This document shows, piece after piece, positions 1-9,890 of a DNA stretch of 64,000 bases; the first letter of the stretch is position 1, and every line of letters starts with the position of its first letter. Source of the stretch: Sphingomonadales bacterium (GTDB taxonomy: Bacteria; Pseudomonadota; Alphaproteobacteria; Sphingomonadales; Sphingomonadaceae); NCBI GenBank assembly GCA_031370535.1, contig JANMQN010000169.1, positions 26,619 to 90,618 of the forward strand. The letters are read 5' to 3'. The translations under genes and the position numbers were made by a program. The notes beneath the pieces are model-generated. The model did no database searches, had not been told where the DNA came from, and saw nothing but the letters and a program-made list of their open reading frames with translations.

Positions 1-229
1 CCCACAGTGGCTTTCCGGTTTCGCGTGCGATCAGATCCGCAAATTTTTCGAGGTCGGCACGTACACGGTTGCCGAAATTGCGAACGCGTTCAATCCGGAA
101 CGATAAAGGCGCGGCCGCCCATTGCGGCCAAGCAGCCCGAGCAGCAGCGACTTCCCGATCAACATCGCTTATCTGTCCGCGCCACAGTTCGGCACCTGTA
201 GCAGGTTCGAATGACACTAATTCAGGCAA
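1..229 (-). CDS. NAD-aldehyde dehydrogenase family protein, N-terminal fragment (AstD / succinylglutamate-semialdehyde dehydrogenase-like); continues past the left edge
   Basis: Not in the ORF track because it has no stop in the window. My minus-strand translation from TTG at 229 reads (M)PELVSFEPATGAELWRGQISDVDREVAAARAAWPQWAAAPLSFRIERVRNFGNRVRADLEKFADLIARETGKPLW and stays open to nt 1. There is an in-frame stop upstream at 266-268. The AARAA-P-WA ... IARETGKPLW pattern is the N-terminus of AstD-type aldehyde dehydrogenases. The TTG start is uncertain. Confidence 0.6.
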   Translation of the reverse strand, partial: MPELVSFEPATGAELWRGQISDVDREVAAARAAWPQWAAAPLSFRIERVRNFGNRVRADLEKFADLIARETGKPLW

Positions 230-330
230 GGTGCGCTTTCTGCCAAAGAGGTTAATTCCGGTTGACTATAATGGCGGGCAAGAATTTTACATTAGGTAAA
301 TTTGACGTGTAAAATCGCTGATTTTCCAGC

Positions 331-1710
331 TTAAGCAAGCGCTTCGCCCATACGTCGGATGGCGGCTATCTTCTGATATAAAGGTTGCCAATCGTCATCA
401 CCGGCAATCGCGCTCCAGATGTTCTCGACCTCGTCGATGAGCATCGAACAGGGGCTCGCGTCGGACCAATAAACATGTTCGACAGCATCGGGATTTTGAT
501 ATCCGGCCAGGATTTCGGTAAAGGCTTCCCGGTTTTCTCCATATTCCTTTGCATTAGGCACACGTCCACCGCGATGTTCGTGGAAAAACCGGTCGATAGG
601 AATCTGCTCGCGCGCCATTGCGCGTTCCGCGGTTTCGATCAGCTGGCGGTCATTTCCTTCGCCCTGCGACTTGATGCCGAGCCGCCACAAAAATTGCCGG
701 ATGATGGCATTTTGAAACAACATCGGGAAACGCTCCAAAGCTTCAACCAGCGGTGGGGCATCGCAAATCAGCCTGAGCGAGACCGCAAGTTGGCCCAAAT
801 TCCAGTGTATAGCCTCGGCCTGGCGTCCGAACGCATATAGTCCGCTTTCATCGAAATATGCCGCGGTGAAGCGGGGGTCCCAAAGCTGGGTGAACCGCCA
901 CGGGCCGTAATCGAAACTCTCACCTGTGATATTGATGTTGTCGGTGTTGAGGACGCCGTGGACAAATCCGGCGACCATATAAGAGGCAGCAAGATCGGCG
1001 ATGCGATCGACCGCGAGGTTTAACAACTGAGTGGCAGGGTTATCCGACGGCGCCTCATTGTATAAAATCGTCACACAATAATGTACGAGACGCTGCATCA
1101 TTCCAGCATCGCCCTCCGCCACGATACGCTGGAAGGTGCCGATACGGACATGGCTGTGGCTGAGCCGAACCAAGACGGCAGATCGCGTTGGCGAAGGCTC
1201 GTCCCCGCGCATCAGCTCTTCACCTGTTTCAACGAGCGAGAAGGTTTTGGAGGTATTTACGCCCAGACCCTCCAGCATTTCGGTAGCGAGTATCTCTCGG
1301 ACTCCGCCTTTAAGCGTCAGGCGACCGTCGCCCCGGCGGCTGTAAGGTGTAACGCCCGATCCCTTGGTCCCTAGATCGAGCAACCGGTCATGCCCATCCC
1401 GCATCTGGGCAAAGAGAAACCCTCGGCCGTCACCTATTTCCGGATTATATACGCGAAACTGATGGCCGTGGTATCGCAACGCCAGCGGCACGGGCATATT
1501 GTCGGGCAGGGGATCGAATCGCCCGAAATGTCTCAGCCACGCATCGTCGCTATATCCATCAAGCCCGACCGTCGCTGCCCAGCGGTCATTACGGAAGCGC
1601 AATATAGTCTTAGGGAAGTCGGCAGCTTTCACTGCGTCGCCAATTTTCTCGCCAAGGGTAGCGATTTTCGGATCGGGGCGGTAGGGGGACGGCAAGACTT
1701 TGATTTGCAT
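331..1710 (-). CDS. selO: protein adenylyltransferase SelO (YdiU/UPF0061 family)
   Basis: From ORF 331..1812. The full-length pattern is typical of SelO: ALRYHGHQF, GDGRGFLF, LGTKGSGVTPYSRRGDGR, LVRLSHSHVRIGTFQ, VHGVLNTDNINITGESFDYGPW. I moved the start to ATG 1710 (MQIKVLPSPY) to clear the divergent gene starting at 1748. Confidence 0.9.
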   Translation of the reverse strand: MQIKVLPSPYRPDPKIATLGEKIGDAVKAADFPKTILRFRNDRWAATVGLDGYSDDAWLRHFGRFDPLPDNMPVPLALRYHGHQFRVYNPEIGDGRGFLFAQMRDGHDRLLDLGTKGSGVTPYSRRGDGRLTLKGGVREILATEMLEGLGVNTSKTFSLVETGEELMRGDEPSPTRSAVLVRLSHSHVRIGTFQRIVAEGDAGMMQRLVHYCVTILYNEAPSDNPATQLLNLAVDRIADLAASYMVAGFVHGVLNTDNINITGESFDYGPWRFTQLWDPRFTAAYFDESGLYAFGRQAEAIHWNLGQLAVSLRLICDAPPLVEALERFPMLFQNAIIRQFLWRLGIKSQGEGNDRQLIETAERAMAREQIPIDRFFHEHRGGRVPNAKEYGENREAFTEILAGYQNPDAVEHVYWSDASPCSMLIDEVENIWSAIAGDDDWQPLYQKIAAIRRMGEALA

Positions 1711-1747
1711 GGTCCCCATCTGGGCGGTGCGTAACTGAAAGGCAAGT

Positions 1748-2896
1748 ATGGCGGCGGCACGCATCCTCCATTTGCATAGCAGCTTCAATCTGGGCGGGCA
1801 GGAATCGCGCACTGTGCGGTTGATGGACCATTTCGGCGATCAGGCTGAGCATACCGTGCTCTCTGCAGTCCCCGGCGCTTATGGTGCCGCCGACGCCATC
1901 GACAAGCGTATCAAGGTCAGCTTCCCTAAAGACGCCGCGCCATCGCTGGCTGGCTGGCCCGGCATGGGTCGTTACCGTCGTCTCGCGGAATACATGAAGA
2001 AATTCCATCTTGTGCTCAGCTACAATTGGGGCGCAATGGATGGCGTAATGGCGCGCACATTGCTCGGCCAAAGTATGGGCCTGCCGCCGCTGATCCACCA
2101 TGAAGACGGTTTCAATCATGACGAAATCGACCGGCTAAAGGCCCGCCGCAACTGGTTCCGGACCATTGCGCTGCAACGAACCAATGCGCTAGTGGTGCCG
2201 TCGAAAAAACTTGAGCAGATTGCGCGCACCGCCTGGCATCAACCACTCGAGAAAATATGCCGATTCCCCAATGGCATTGATACCGAACATTTCAACCGCC
2301 GCCCACAGCGCGGATCGTTTCCGGGTTTCCAGAAGCGTGACGGTGAAATCGTGGTGGGAACAATCGCCGGACTTCGCACCGTCAAAAACCTGCCGCGTCT
2401 GGTTCGCGCGGTTGCTGCCGCTGGTCCCCATGTCCGGCTTGCGATAGCTGGCGAAGGGCCGGAACGTGGCGCGATAATGGCCGAGGCTGAACGGCTCGGC
2501 ATAGCTGACCGCGTGATGATGCCTGGTTTCCTGCGCGACCCTGCGCGTTACATCCGCTTGTTCGATATATTTGCGCTGTCGTCTGACAGCGAACAATATC
2601 CGATCAGTCTTGTTGAAGCGATGACCAGTGCGATCCCGGCGGTTTCAACTGATGTCGGTGACATCCGCAACATCCTATCGCGCGAAAACCTGCCTTATAT
2701 TGTTCCGCGTCAGGACGAGGACGCGCTAGCGAACGCCATTCGGTCACTCGCTGCCGACGCCGTGTTGCGTGCTACGATAGGGGACGCAAACCGCCTTGTT
2801 GCTTGCTCACAATATGACGAATCCACGATGTTCGCCCGCTATCGCCAGCTCTACGGTTCTGCGATGAAACGCGCAGATTTTGCGCGACAAGGGTGA
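1748..2896 (+). CDS. glycosyltransferase, GT-B fold, family 4-like
   Basis: 382 aa. N-terminus ILHLHSSFNLGGQE. The C-terminal half (GEGPERG...AERLGIADRVMMPGF...FALSSDSEQYPISLVEAM) is typical of a GT4 nucleotide-sugar-binding domain. Confidence 0.8.
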   Translation: MAAARILHLHSSFNLGGQESRTVRLMDHFGDQAEHTVLSAVPGAYGAADAIDKRIKVSFPKDAAPSLAGWPGMGRYRRLAEYMKKFHLVLSYNWGAMDGVMARTLLGQSMGLPPLIHHEDGFNHDEIDRLKARRNWFRTIALQRTNALVVPSKKLEQIARTAWHQPLEKICRFPNGIDTEHFNRRPQRGSFPGFQKRDGEIVVGTIAGLRTVKNLPRLVRAVAAAGPHVRLAIAGEGPERGAIMAEAERLGIADRVMMPGFLRDPARYIRLFDIFALSSDSEQYPISLVEAMTSAIPAVSTDVGDIRNILSRENLPYIVPRQDEDALANAIRSLAADAVLRATIGDANRLVACSQYDESTMFARYRQLYGSAMKRADFARQG

Positions 2897-2967
2897 TTGT
2901 TTGAGATAGCGCAAATGCGAGGGGAGCGCGCTATTAAGCGCATTTTTAGTCTATAGGGGTCGAAATT

Positions 2968-4371
2968 GTGTTTAAGGGTCTGAAACCCATTATCTATGGT
3001 GGTCGCGAAGTATGGCCGTTGGTCGAAGGCGGCAAAGGTGTTGCTGCAACCAATCATGCAAGTTCCGGGGCGTGGGCCGCAGCCGGCGGAATCGGCACCG
3101 TATCGGCGGTGAATGCCGACAGCTATGATGAAAATGGCGAAATGATCCCGCAGGTATTCCACGGCAAGACCCGCGCCGAACGCCACGAAGAGCTGGTTGA
3201 ATATGGCATTAAGGGTGGCATCGCGCAGGTTAAGCTGGCACATGAAATATCTGGCGGCAAGGGCGCGATAAATATCAACGTGCTTTGGGAAATGGGCGGT
3301 GCGCAGCGCATTTTGCACGGCGTACTTGAAGAAACCAAAGGAATGGTCACCGGCGTCACCTGCGGCGCAGGGATGCCGTACAAGCTATCTGAAATTGCTG
3401 CCCAATATGGCGTGTATTATTTGCCGATTGTAAGCTCTGCACGTGCGTTTCGCGCTTTGTGGAAACGGGCTTATCACAAGGTTCCTGAATGGCTGGGTGC
3501 GGTCGTGTATGAAGACCCGTGGTTGGCTGGCGGACATAATGGTCTGTCCAACGCCGAAGATCCGCGCAGTCCCGAAGACCCCTATCCGCGCGTCAAAGCG
3601 TTACGCGATGTGATGCGTGCCGAGGGTATCCCCGATGAGTTGCCGATCGTGATGGCGGGCGGCGTCTGGTTTCTGCGTGACTGGGACAATTGGATCGACA
3701 ATCCGGAACTGGGGCAAATTGCCTTCCAATTAGGCACACGGCCGTTGCTGACGCAGGAAAGCCCGATCCCGCAGGGTTGGAAAGATGCGTTGACCAACAT
3801 TCCCGAGGACGGCGTTTTGTTGCACCAGTTTTCGCCCACTGGATTTTATTCGAGCGCGGTTATCAATCCTTTCCTGTTGGAATTGCAGGCGCGGTCCGAG
3901 CGGCAGATCGGCTATATGCAGGCAGCAGACCTCGAACATACAGCGCAGCTTGATGTCGGCGTGAAGGGCAAGAATTTCTGGGTGACGTCGGCCGACTTGA
4001 TGAAGGCCCGCGAATGGCATGCGCGCGGATTTACCGTTGCTCTCAAGACGCCCGACAACACTTTGGTCTTTGTTACGCCGCCGTCGGGCGAGGTTATCCG
4101 CAAGGACCAGAAGGACTGTATGGGCTGCCTTTCGCATTGCGGTTTCTCGTCGTGGAAAGACCATGACAATAACAGCACCGGCCGCCTAGCCGACCCGCGC
4201 AGTTTCTGCATTCAAAAGGCACTTCAGAACATCGCCCACGGCGCGCCAATCGACGAAAATCTGATGTTCGCAGGGCACAGCGCCTATCTGTTTGGCAAGG
4301 ATCCGTTTTATTCCAACGGGTTCGTTCCGAGTGTGAAGCAATTAGTAGATCGCATTCTAACCGGCGACTAA
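2968..4371 (+). CDS. nitronate monooxygenase (NMO / 2-nitropropane dioxygenase) family flavoprotein, long form
   Basis: 467 aa with a GTG start. The TIM-barrel FMN-type pattern (GIGTVSAV, GAININVLWEM, VTCGAGMP, IVMAGGVW) matches my recall of the long NMO-family proteins. C-terminal Cys cluster CMGCLSHC. Confidence 0.65.
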   Translation: MFKGLKPIIYGGREVWPLVEGGKGVAATNHASSGAWAAAGGIGTVSAVNADSYDENGEMIPQVFHGKTRAERHEELVEYGIKGGIAQVKLAHEISGGKGAININVLWEMGGAQRILHGVLEETKGMVTGVTCGAGMPYKLSEIAAQYGVYYLPIVSSARAFRALWKRAYHKVPEWLGAVVYEDPWLAGGHNGLSNAEDPRSPEDPYPRVKALRDVMRAEGIPDELPIVMAGGVWFLRDWDNWIDNPELGQIAFQLGTRPLLTQESPIPQGWKDALTNIPEDGVLLHQFSPTGFYSSAVINPFLLELQARSERQIGYMQAADLEHTAQLDVGVKGKNFWVTSADLMKAREWHARGFTVALKTPDNTLVFVTPPSGEVIRKDQKDCMGCLSHCGFSSWKDHDNNSTGRLADPRSFCIQKALQNIAHGAPIDENLMFAGHSAYLFGKDPFYSNGFVPSVKQLVDRILTGD

Positions 4372-4427
4372 TCGCATTTTACATTTACCGATTATTGACC
4401 TTATCGTTTTAGAACTTTCGATGGGGA

Positions 4428-4766
4428 ATGTTGATGGGTTACCTGACGTCGCAATATCGAAAAGTTGAACCAGCGAGGCTGGAACAGCGCGAAGCCGTGC
4501 GTCACCCTGTGCTGCTCGGTAAAGCGACCGTCCGGCGGCACGCAAAACATCCGATTGAAGCCCGTCTTGTCGATCTTTCAATCTATGGATGCCGTGTTTT
4601 GATTGATGGCAGCGTGAAAGTAGGCGACCGACTGTGGCTGCGCTTGGCAGGCAGCGGCCCGATTAGTGCCACCGCCGTCTGGGCCGAAGGCGACCGGCTC
4701 GGTTGCAAATTTGACGAAATGCTCGACCGCGCTTTATTCAGGGAATTGACTTTAAACGGCAGTTGA
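4428..4766 (+). CDS. PilZ domain-containing protein
   Basis: 112 aa. RxxxR-like REAVRHP followed by DLSIYGCRV (D-x-S-x-x-G) about 25 aa later, which is the c-di-GMP binding signature of PilZ. ATG 4434 is an alternative start. Confidence 0.6.
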   Translation: MLMGYLTSQYRKVEPARLEQREAVRHPVLLGKATVRRHAKHPIEARLVDLSIYGCRVLIDGSVKVGDRLWLRLAGSGPISATAVWAEGDRLGCKFDEMLDRALFRELTLNGS

Positions 4767-4823
4767 CCCGATTGCTGCGCCCGCTAATGATTTAATCGTT
4801 CGATTAAATTAAGGAGCAGTGTG

Positions 4824-5984
4824 ATGGATTTCAGTCTTTCCGAAGAACAGCAAGCACTGAAAGAAACCGCGCGCGCTTTTGCGCAAAAGGAACTTGTGCC
4901 GCTGGCTGCGGGCCTTGAGGCGAAAAATGAACCGCTGTCGCACGATATGGTAAAGCGGATGGCCGCTATGGGCTTTTTGGGCATCAACATTCCGGAAGAA
5001 CTGGGCGGACTGGGCCTGTCAAATCTCGACGCGCTGATTGTGCTGGAAGAACTCGCCAAGGTTTCAAGCGCGGTCGCCTTTCCCTGTTTCGAGGCCAATG
5101 TCGGCCCTGTCCACGCCATCCGCCATTTTGCCCCCGACGCGTTGAAGCATCGCATCGTGCCCGCCGTGTGTCGCGGCGAGATGATTGTTGCGGTGTCGAT
5201 GTCCGAACCCAATGCGGGGACCGCGCTGACCGACCTGACCACGCGGGGGATAATATATGGCGACACCGTTACCATCAACGGTACGAAGCGCTGGTGCTCG
5301 GGCGGCAGGCATAGCGATGCCTATCTGGTTTACACACGGTTGTCGGATGCGTCCGGCTCGAAAGGCATTGGCGCGGTGTTGGTAGAAAAAGGCACGCCGG
5401 GCCTCAGCTTTGGCGAACCAGAAACGCTGATGGGCTTTCGCGGTGTGCCCTCTGCCGACATTTACCTCGACAATGTTGAAGTGCCGGTCGGCAATATTGT
5501 TGTGCCCGCAGGTGGTTTTGCAAAACTGATGGAAGCGTTCGACCTTGAACGTTGCGGCAATGCGACGATGGCGCTGGCACAGGCCTCTGGTGCGCTTGAG
5601 GATGTGCTGGCTTATGTGCAGGAGCGCCAGCAATTCGGCAAACCGCTCGCCGATTTTCAGGCGATTCAGATGAAACTTGCCGAAATGCAGATGGAGGTCG
5701 AGGCCGCGCGTTTGCTGATTTACCGTGCGGCGGTAAATGCCGATAAGGGGCTGCCATCAATTCTCGACAGCAGCACTGCCAAATGCTTTGCCAACCAAAT
5801 TGCCCGTAACGTCACGGGCAACGCGGTGCAGATGATGGGCGGTTATGGCTATTCCACCGCCTATCCGATGGAGCGCCGGATGCGCGACGCGTGGGGCTGG
5901 GGCATCGCGGGAGGTGCGATAGATATCCAGAAGGTCAACATTGCCAGCGCGATGGTCGGACGGCGGTTTGACCAGCGGCGGTGA
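4824..5984 (+). CDS. acyl-CoA dehydrogenase
   Basis: About 386 aa. Classic ACAD pattern (MDFSLSEEQQALKETARAFAQKEL ... GGYGYSTAYPMERRMRDA). AAGGAG at 4811-4816 favours ATG 4824 over GTG 4821. Confidence 0.9.
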   Translation: MDFSLSEEQQALKETARAFAQKELVPLAAGLEAKNEPLSHDMVKRMAAMGFLGINIPEELGGLGLSNLDALIVLEELAKVSSAVAFPCFEANVGPVHAIRHFAPDALKHRIVPAVCRGEMIVAVSMSEPNAGTALTDLTTRGIIYGDTVTINGTKRWCSGGRHSDAYLVYTRLSDASGSKGIGAVLVEKGTPGLSFGEPETLMGFRGVPSADIYLDNVEVPVGNIVVPAGGFAKLMEAFDLERCGNATMALAQASGALEDVLAYVQERQQFGKPLADFQAIQMKLAEMQMEVEAARLLIYRAAVNADKGLPSILDSSTAKCFANQIARNVTGNAVQMMGGYGYSTAYPMERRMRDAWGWGIAGGAIDIQKVNIASAMVGRRFDQRR

Positions 5985-5987
5985 ATC

Positions 5988-7298
5988 TCAATCCAAATCC
6001 CATGCTCGCTCGCCGTGGCTGGCGATATCGAGGCCGTCGCGTTCCTGATCTTCGCTGACTCGCATCGGCAGCACCATCGAGACCATATAGCCGATGATGA
6101 GCGTGACAACCGCGGAGTAGACGGCAACAAGGGCAACGCCCTTCAGTTGCACCCAAAGCTGCGACACCATGCCTGCGCCTTCGGCATAGCCGACACCGCC
6201 GAAGCTTTCGCTGGCAAAAACCGCAAGCAACAGCGAACCAGTCATCCCGCCAATACCGTGAACCGCAAAGACGTCGAGCGAGTCATCAATCTTGAGAGTG
6301 GTTTTGATCACGCCAACGAACCAGAAGCAAATTATGCCTGCAAGCACTCCAATAATGATCGCACCGCCGGGACCAACGGTGCCAGCCGCAGGAGTAATCG
6401 TCGCAAGACCTGCAACCGCGCCAGTGGCAAAACCGACAGCGGTCGATTTGCCGACCTTGATCCGTTCGATTAGCATCCACACAAGCGCGGCAACCGATGC
6501 TGCAACATGCGTATTGATGATCGCGCTTGCCGCAGCATCATTCGCTGCCAGCGCCGAGCCGCCGTTAAAGCCAAACCACCCCACCCAAAGCAAGCCTGCG
6601 CCGGCAACCGTCAGCGCTGGACTATGCGGTAGCATCAACGTCTTGGGAAAGCCGATACGTTTGCCGAGCATCAACGCGACAACCAGCGCGGAAACGCCTG
6701 CGGTGGTATGGACGACGATCCCGCCAGCAAAATCGATTACGCCCTGCTCGGCAAGAAAACCTCCGCCCCAGACCCAGCGGGTTACAGGAATGTAAACTAG
6801 CAAGGACCAAAGGCCACTGAACGCGACCACCCAGCCAAAACGCGCACGTTCGACCCATGCGCCAACGATGAGGGCAGGGGTGATGATCGCGAAGGTCATC
6901 TGAAACAACGCAAATGCGAGCTCGCCTATCGACTGGTCTTCGCGCACCGAATCAAGCAGGCCATTGAACATGAAATTTTCGGGCGAGCCGATGTAAGAAT
7001 TGCCGTTTACTGAAAAGGCGAGGCTGTAACCGACCGCTATCCAGATAACCGAAGCCAGCGCGGCAATCGCGCCGCACTGCACCAGCACCGACAGAAAGTT
7101 TTTGGCGCGGACCAGCCCGCCATAAAAAAGCGCCAGCCCGGGCAGGGTCATCATCAGCACAAGCGCCGATGCGGTAAAAATCCAAGCGCTGTCGCCGCTA
7201 TTCGCTTCGGGCACTGTGACCACTGCATTCTGCGCGAATGCAGGTGACGCCAAAAAAGCCCCCAGCATCAATGCCGATTTTGTCAAATTCTGGATCAT
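5988..7298 (-). CDS. amtB: ammonium transporter (Amt family)
   Basis: 436 aa with a signal peptide ending AFAQ. Motifs include SGDSAWIFTASALVLMMT.PGLALFYGG, DFAGGIVVHTTAG and FAVHGIGGMTGS. No glnK is adjacent. Confidence 0.93.
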   Translation of the reverse strand: MIQNLTKSALMLGAFLASPAFAQNAVVTVPEANSGDSAWIFTASALVLMMTLPGLALFYGGLVRAKNFLSVLVQCGAIAALASVIWIAVGYSLAFSVNGNSYIGSPENFMFNGLLDSVREDQSIGELAFALFQMTFAIITPALIVGAWVERARFGWVVAFSGLWSLLVYIPVTRWVWGGGFLAEQGVIDFAGGIVVHTTAGVSALVVALMLGKRIGFPKTLMLPHSPALTVAGAGLLWVGWFGFNGGSALAANDAAASAIINTHVAASVAALVWMLIERIKVGKSTAVGFATGAVAGLATITPAAGTVGPGGAIIIGVLAGIICFWFVGVIKTTLKIDDSLDVFAVHGIGGMTGSLLLAVFASESFGGVGYAEGAGMVSQLWVQLKGVALVAVYSAVVTLIIGYMVSMVLPMRVSEDQERDGLDIASHGERAWDLD

Positions 7299-7403
7299 GC
7301 CCGGCTCCCGCCCCGATTGTGCTTTGGTCGTGTCCTAATGCAGTAACCGGCGCGGATGGAAGGGGAATTAACGGTTAACATCGGTTTGCTGAAAGGAAGT
7401 TAC

Positions 7404-8402
7404 TCAATTCCACCCTTCAAGCACTTGGTCGGGTGGACGATGACCATCGGCCCAAACGCGGATATTGGTGATGACTCGTGCGCCCGATGCCTCACGACCT
7501 TCGAAGGTCGCACTTCCCAAATGCGGGAGCAGAACGACATTGGGAATGGCAAACCAGCGGGCGTCGACAGCAGGTTCATGGGTGTAAACGTCTAGTCCGG
7601 CACCAGCGATCCGCCCGCTTTCGAGGGCAGTAATCAAAGCATCCTCGTCAATCAACTCGCCGCGCGAGCTGTTGATGATGTAAGCATCGCGCTTCATATG
7701 TTCGATGCGTTCGGCGTTGATAATCTTGTCGGTCTCTGCCGTCAGCGGGCAGTGCAGAGAGATGATATCGGCGCGCGCGACAAGTCGGTCGAGATCGGGT
7801 TCGAAGGTTACACCCAATTCCTCTTCGACGCTGGCGGGTAGTCGTTGGCGTTTATTATAGATGATGTTCAGGCCGAATGCCTTTGCCCGCAACGCAACCG
7901 CTTCGCCGATGCGCCCAAGGCCGATAATGCCGAGTGTCTTGCCGCCGATGCGATGACCGAGCATCCCCGTCGGGCTCCATCCCTGCCATCCGCCGTTCCG
8001 CATTATTCGGTGGCCTTCGCCCAAACGGCGCGGGACATTGAGGATGAGCGCCATCGTCAGGTCCGCCGTGTCGTCCGTGAATACGCCGGGCGTATTTGTT
8101 ACCATGATGCCCTTGGCCTTTGCTGCGGCGAGATCGATATGATTTACCCCCGCGCCATAATTGGCGATGAGTTTAAGGCGGCCCGGCGCAGCTGCAATCA
8201 AGTCGGCGTCGATATTATCGGTGACGGTCGGTACCAGAACGTCGCAATCTATCATCGCATCGATCAACTCGTTACGGCTCATCGGTGTGTCGTCGTTGTT
8301 GAACCCTGCTTCGAAAAGTTCGGCCATCCTGCCTTCGACAGCAGGCAATAACTTCCGGGTTACTCGGATACAGGGACGTTCGATGCGGCTAAGTTCTGGC
8401 AT
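7404..8402 (-). CDS. D-2-hydroxyacid dehydrogenase (glyoxylate/hydroxypyruvate reductase-like)
   Basis: NAD-binding GIIGLGRIGEAVA plus RGELIDEDAL, AGLDVY..EP and LLPHLGSAT. I moved the start to ATG 8402 (MPELSRIERPCIRVTRKL). Confidence 0.88.
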   Translation of the reverse strand: MPELSRIERPCIRVTRKLLPAVEGRMAELFEAGFNNDDTPMSRNELIDAMIDCDVLVPTVTDNIDADLIAAAPGRLKLIANYGAGVNHIDLAAAKAKGIMVTNTPGVFTDDTADLTMALILNVPRRLGEGHRIMRNGGWQGWSPTGMLGHRIGGKTLGIIGLGRIGEAVALRAKAFGLNIIYNKRQRLPASVEEELGVTFEPDLDRLVARADIISLHCPLTAETDKIINAERIEHMKRDAYIINSSRGELIDEDALITALESGRIAGAGLDVYTHEPAVDARWFAIPNVVLLPHLGSATFEGREASGARVITNIRVWADGHRPPDQVLEGWN

Positions 8403-8498
8403 GAGACCGACTAAAGCCGATTTCGCGATGACGTCAAGACAGGATGGTTGCACTGTCGGTATAGCTTACAGTATAGAGGAATTCGGTGGGGTAAGAAT

Positions 8499-8984
8499 AT
8501 GGCAAATCAGGCAAAATTCATCTGGCAGACGGTCATCTTGGGTAGCGCGCTCGTCACGACAACGGCGGCGCTTGGGCAATCGCAGCAAAAGGCACCTTAT
8601 TGGGCGTCGATTGAAGAAGCTGAGGCTCGGATGCGCACCGGGCCGAGCACTGAGTTTCCGGTGAAATGGGTCTATAAACGCCAAAACCTGCCGGTGAAGG
8701 TCGTTGCGGTCCACAGCGTCTGGCGTAAAGTCGAGGATCCCGACGGCGATCAGGGCTGGATGCATGTCCGCCTGCTCAGTCCCAAACGTACTGCAGTGGT
8801 GGTCGGTAGCGGCGTCGGATCGCTTCGCGAAACACCGGATGGAAAGGCGCGCATCGCATGGCGTGTGGAACCCGGCGTAGTCGGTCGAATCGACGAATGC
8901 GACAAAGGCTGGTGTCGTTTCGAAAATGCCGGCCGATACGGCTATATCGAAACCGACCATTTATGGGGCGAAGAAGCGCCTTAG
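8499..8984 (+). CDS. bacterial SH3-like domain protein (DUF1058/COG3807-like), secreted
   Basis: Start at MANQAKF with a signal-like TM segment. RTGPSTEFPVKWVYKRQNLPVKVV...WRKVEDPDGDQGWMH is the SH3-like repeat that I recall from DUF1058 proteins. Confidence 0.7.
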   Translation: MANQAKFIWQTVILGSALVTTTAALGQSQQKAPYWASIEEAEARMRTGPSTEFPVKWVYKRQNLPVKVVAVHSVWRKVEDPDGDQGWMHVRLLSPKRTAVVVGSGVGSLRETPDGKARIAWRVEPGVVGRIDECDKGWCRFENAGRYGYIETDHLWGEEAP

Positions 8985-9799
8985 GTCATTGCAGGCAGTT
9001 CAGCGTCAGACGCCGTTTGACGCGGGCGGTTTACCACTTCGGTAAATTTTGCTTGATATTTGGGATGCTCGGTCCCCATCCACTTGTCCCACCAGGTGAA
9101 ATACAACCCGTAATTATGGTTGAAGCTGCCATTGTGATGCAGGTCATGATGCACCGTTGTGTTGATCCAACTGGTTAGCGGCGTTGACAGCCACCAGCGG
9201 GGAAAAAATTCGAAACCGGCATGTCCCATTGCGTTGCGGATGATCTGGAAATTTAGCCAAGTGAAAAGCACCCAACCCGGCGTCGGCATGAACAGCAGCC
9301 AGATCGGTACAAACATAAACATCACCACCGCTTCTGGGATGGCAAAGCTATAGGCAGCCCATGGCGTCGGCGTGATCGAGCGGTGATGCGCGCGATGGAA
9401 ATATTTGAACAGCTTGGGATGGTGCATCGTGCGGTGTGCCCAGTAGAAGTAGGCGTCATGTGCAATCACGATGCCAGCAAGGATCAACAGGTCGGTGACA
9501 AGTCCGAAACCTTCACCCATCATGTTGTAAAACACGCCGACCTGTTTTCCCCAAATCAAAAATGCCGCGCCAGCGGTATAGACCAAGGCTGATTGCAACG
9601 ATTGCAAAACTTCGCGCCGCATGTCCGCAGCCGAAGCTTCGCGCACCTGGATCTTGCGCACCTTCAAGGCGCTGCGCCGTAACAGCCCGACGATGATAAA
9701 AGTTATCGACGCGGCCAGAAGGTAGCGTCCGAAATCAAATGCGAAAACATACTGTCCCTTGGTGAGAAGTATGTCGAGGGGAGGAATTCCGGTGGTCAT
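8981..9799 (-). CDS. fatty acid hydroxylase / sterol desaturase family membrane protein
   Basis: Three histidine boxes (HRTMHH, HRAHH, HHDLHH) in a polytopic membrane protein. AGGAAG lies about 5 nt upstream of ATG 9799. The track ORF begins at GTG 9805. Confidence 0.8.
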   Translation of the reverse strand: MTTGIPPLDILLTKGQYVFAFDFGRYLLAASITFIIVGLLRRSALKVRKIQVREASAADMRREVLQSLQSALVYTAGAAFLIWGKQVGVFYNMMGEGFGLVTDLLILAGIVIAHDAYFYWAHRTMHHPKLFKYFHRAHHRSITPTPWAAYSFAIPEAVVMFMFVPIWLLFMPTPGWVLFTWLNFQIIRNAMGHAGFEFFPRWWLSTPLTSWINTTVHHDLHHNGSFNHNYGLYFTWWDKWMGTEHPKYQAKFTEVVNRPRQTASDAELPAMT

Positions 9800-9890
9800 A
9801 TTCACTTCCTTGGTAGTTGGCGGTTACCATTTGATTGGTTGTCGATAAGATTACTCCGCCATTTTCAAATCTGACTAGCCGATTTCGAAA

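Noticed and set aside
7299-7403. Possible sigma-54 (-24/-12) promoter and glnK upstream of amtB
   Set aside because: The best candidate on the minus strand (AGGACACGACCAAAGCA) has GG and GC spaced one nt too far apart and is otherwise a poor consensus match. No glnK-like ORF exists between amtB and the dehydrogenase gene.
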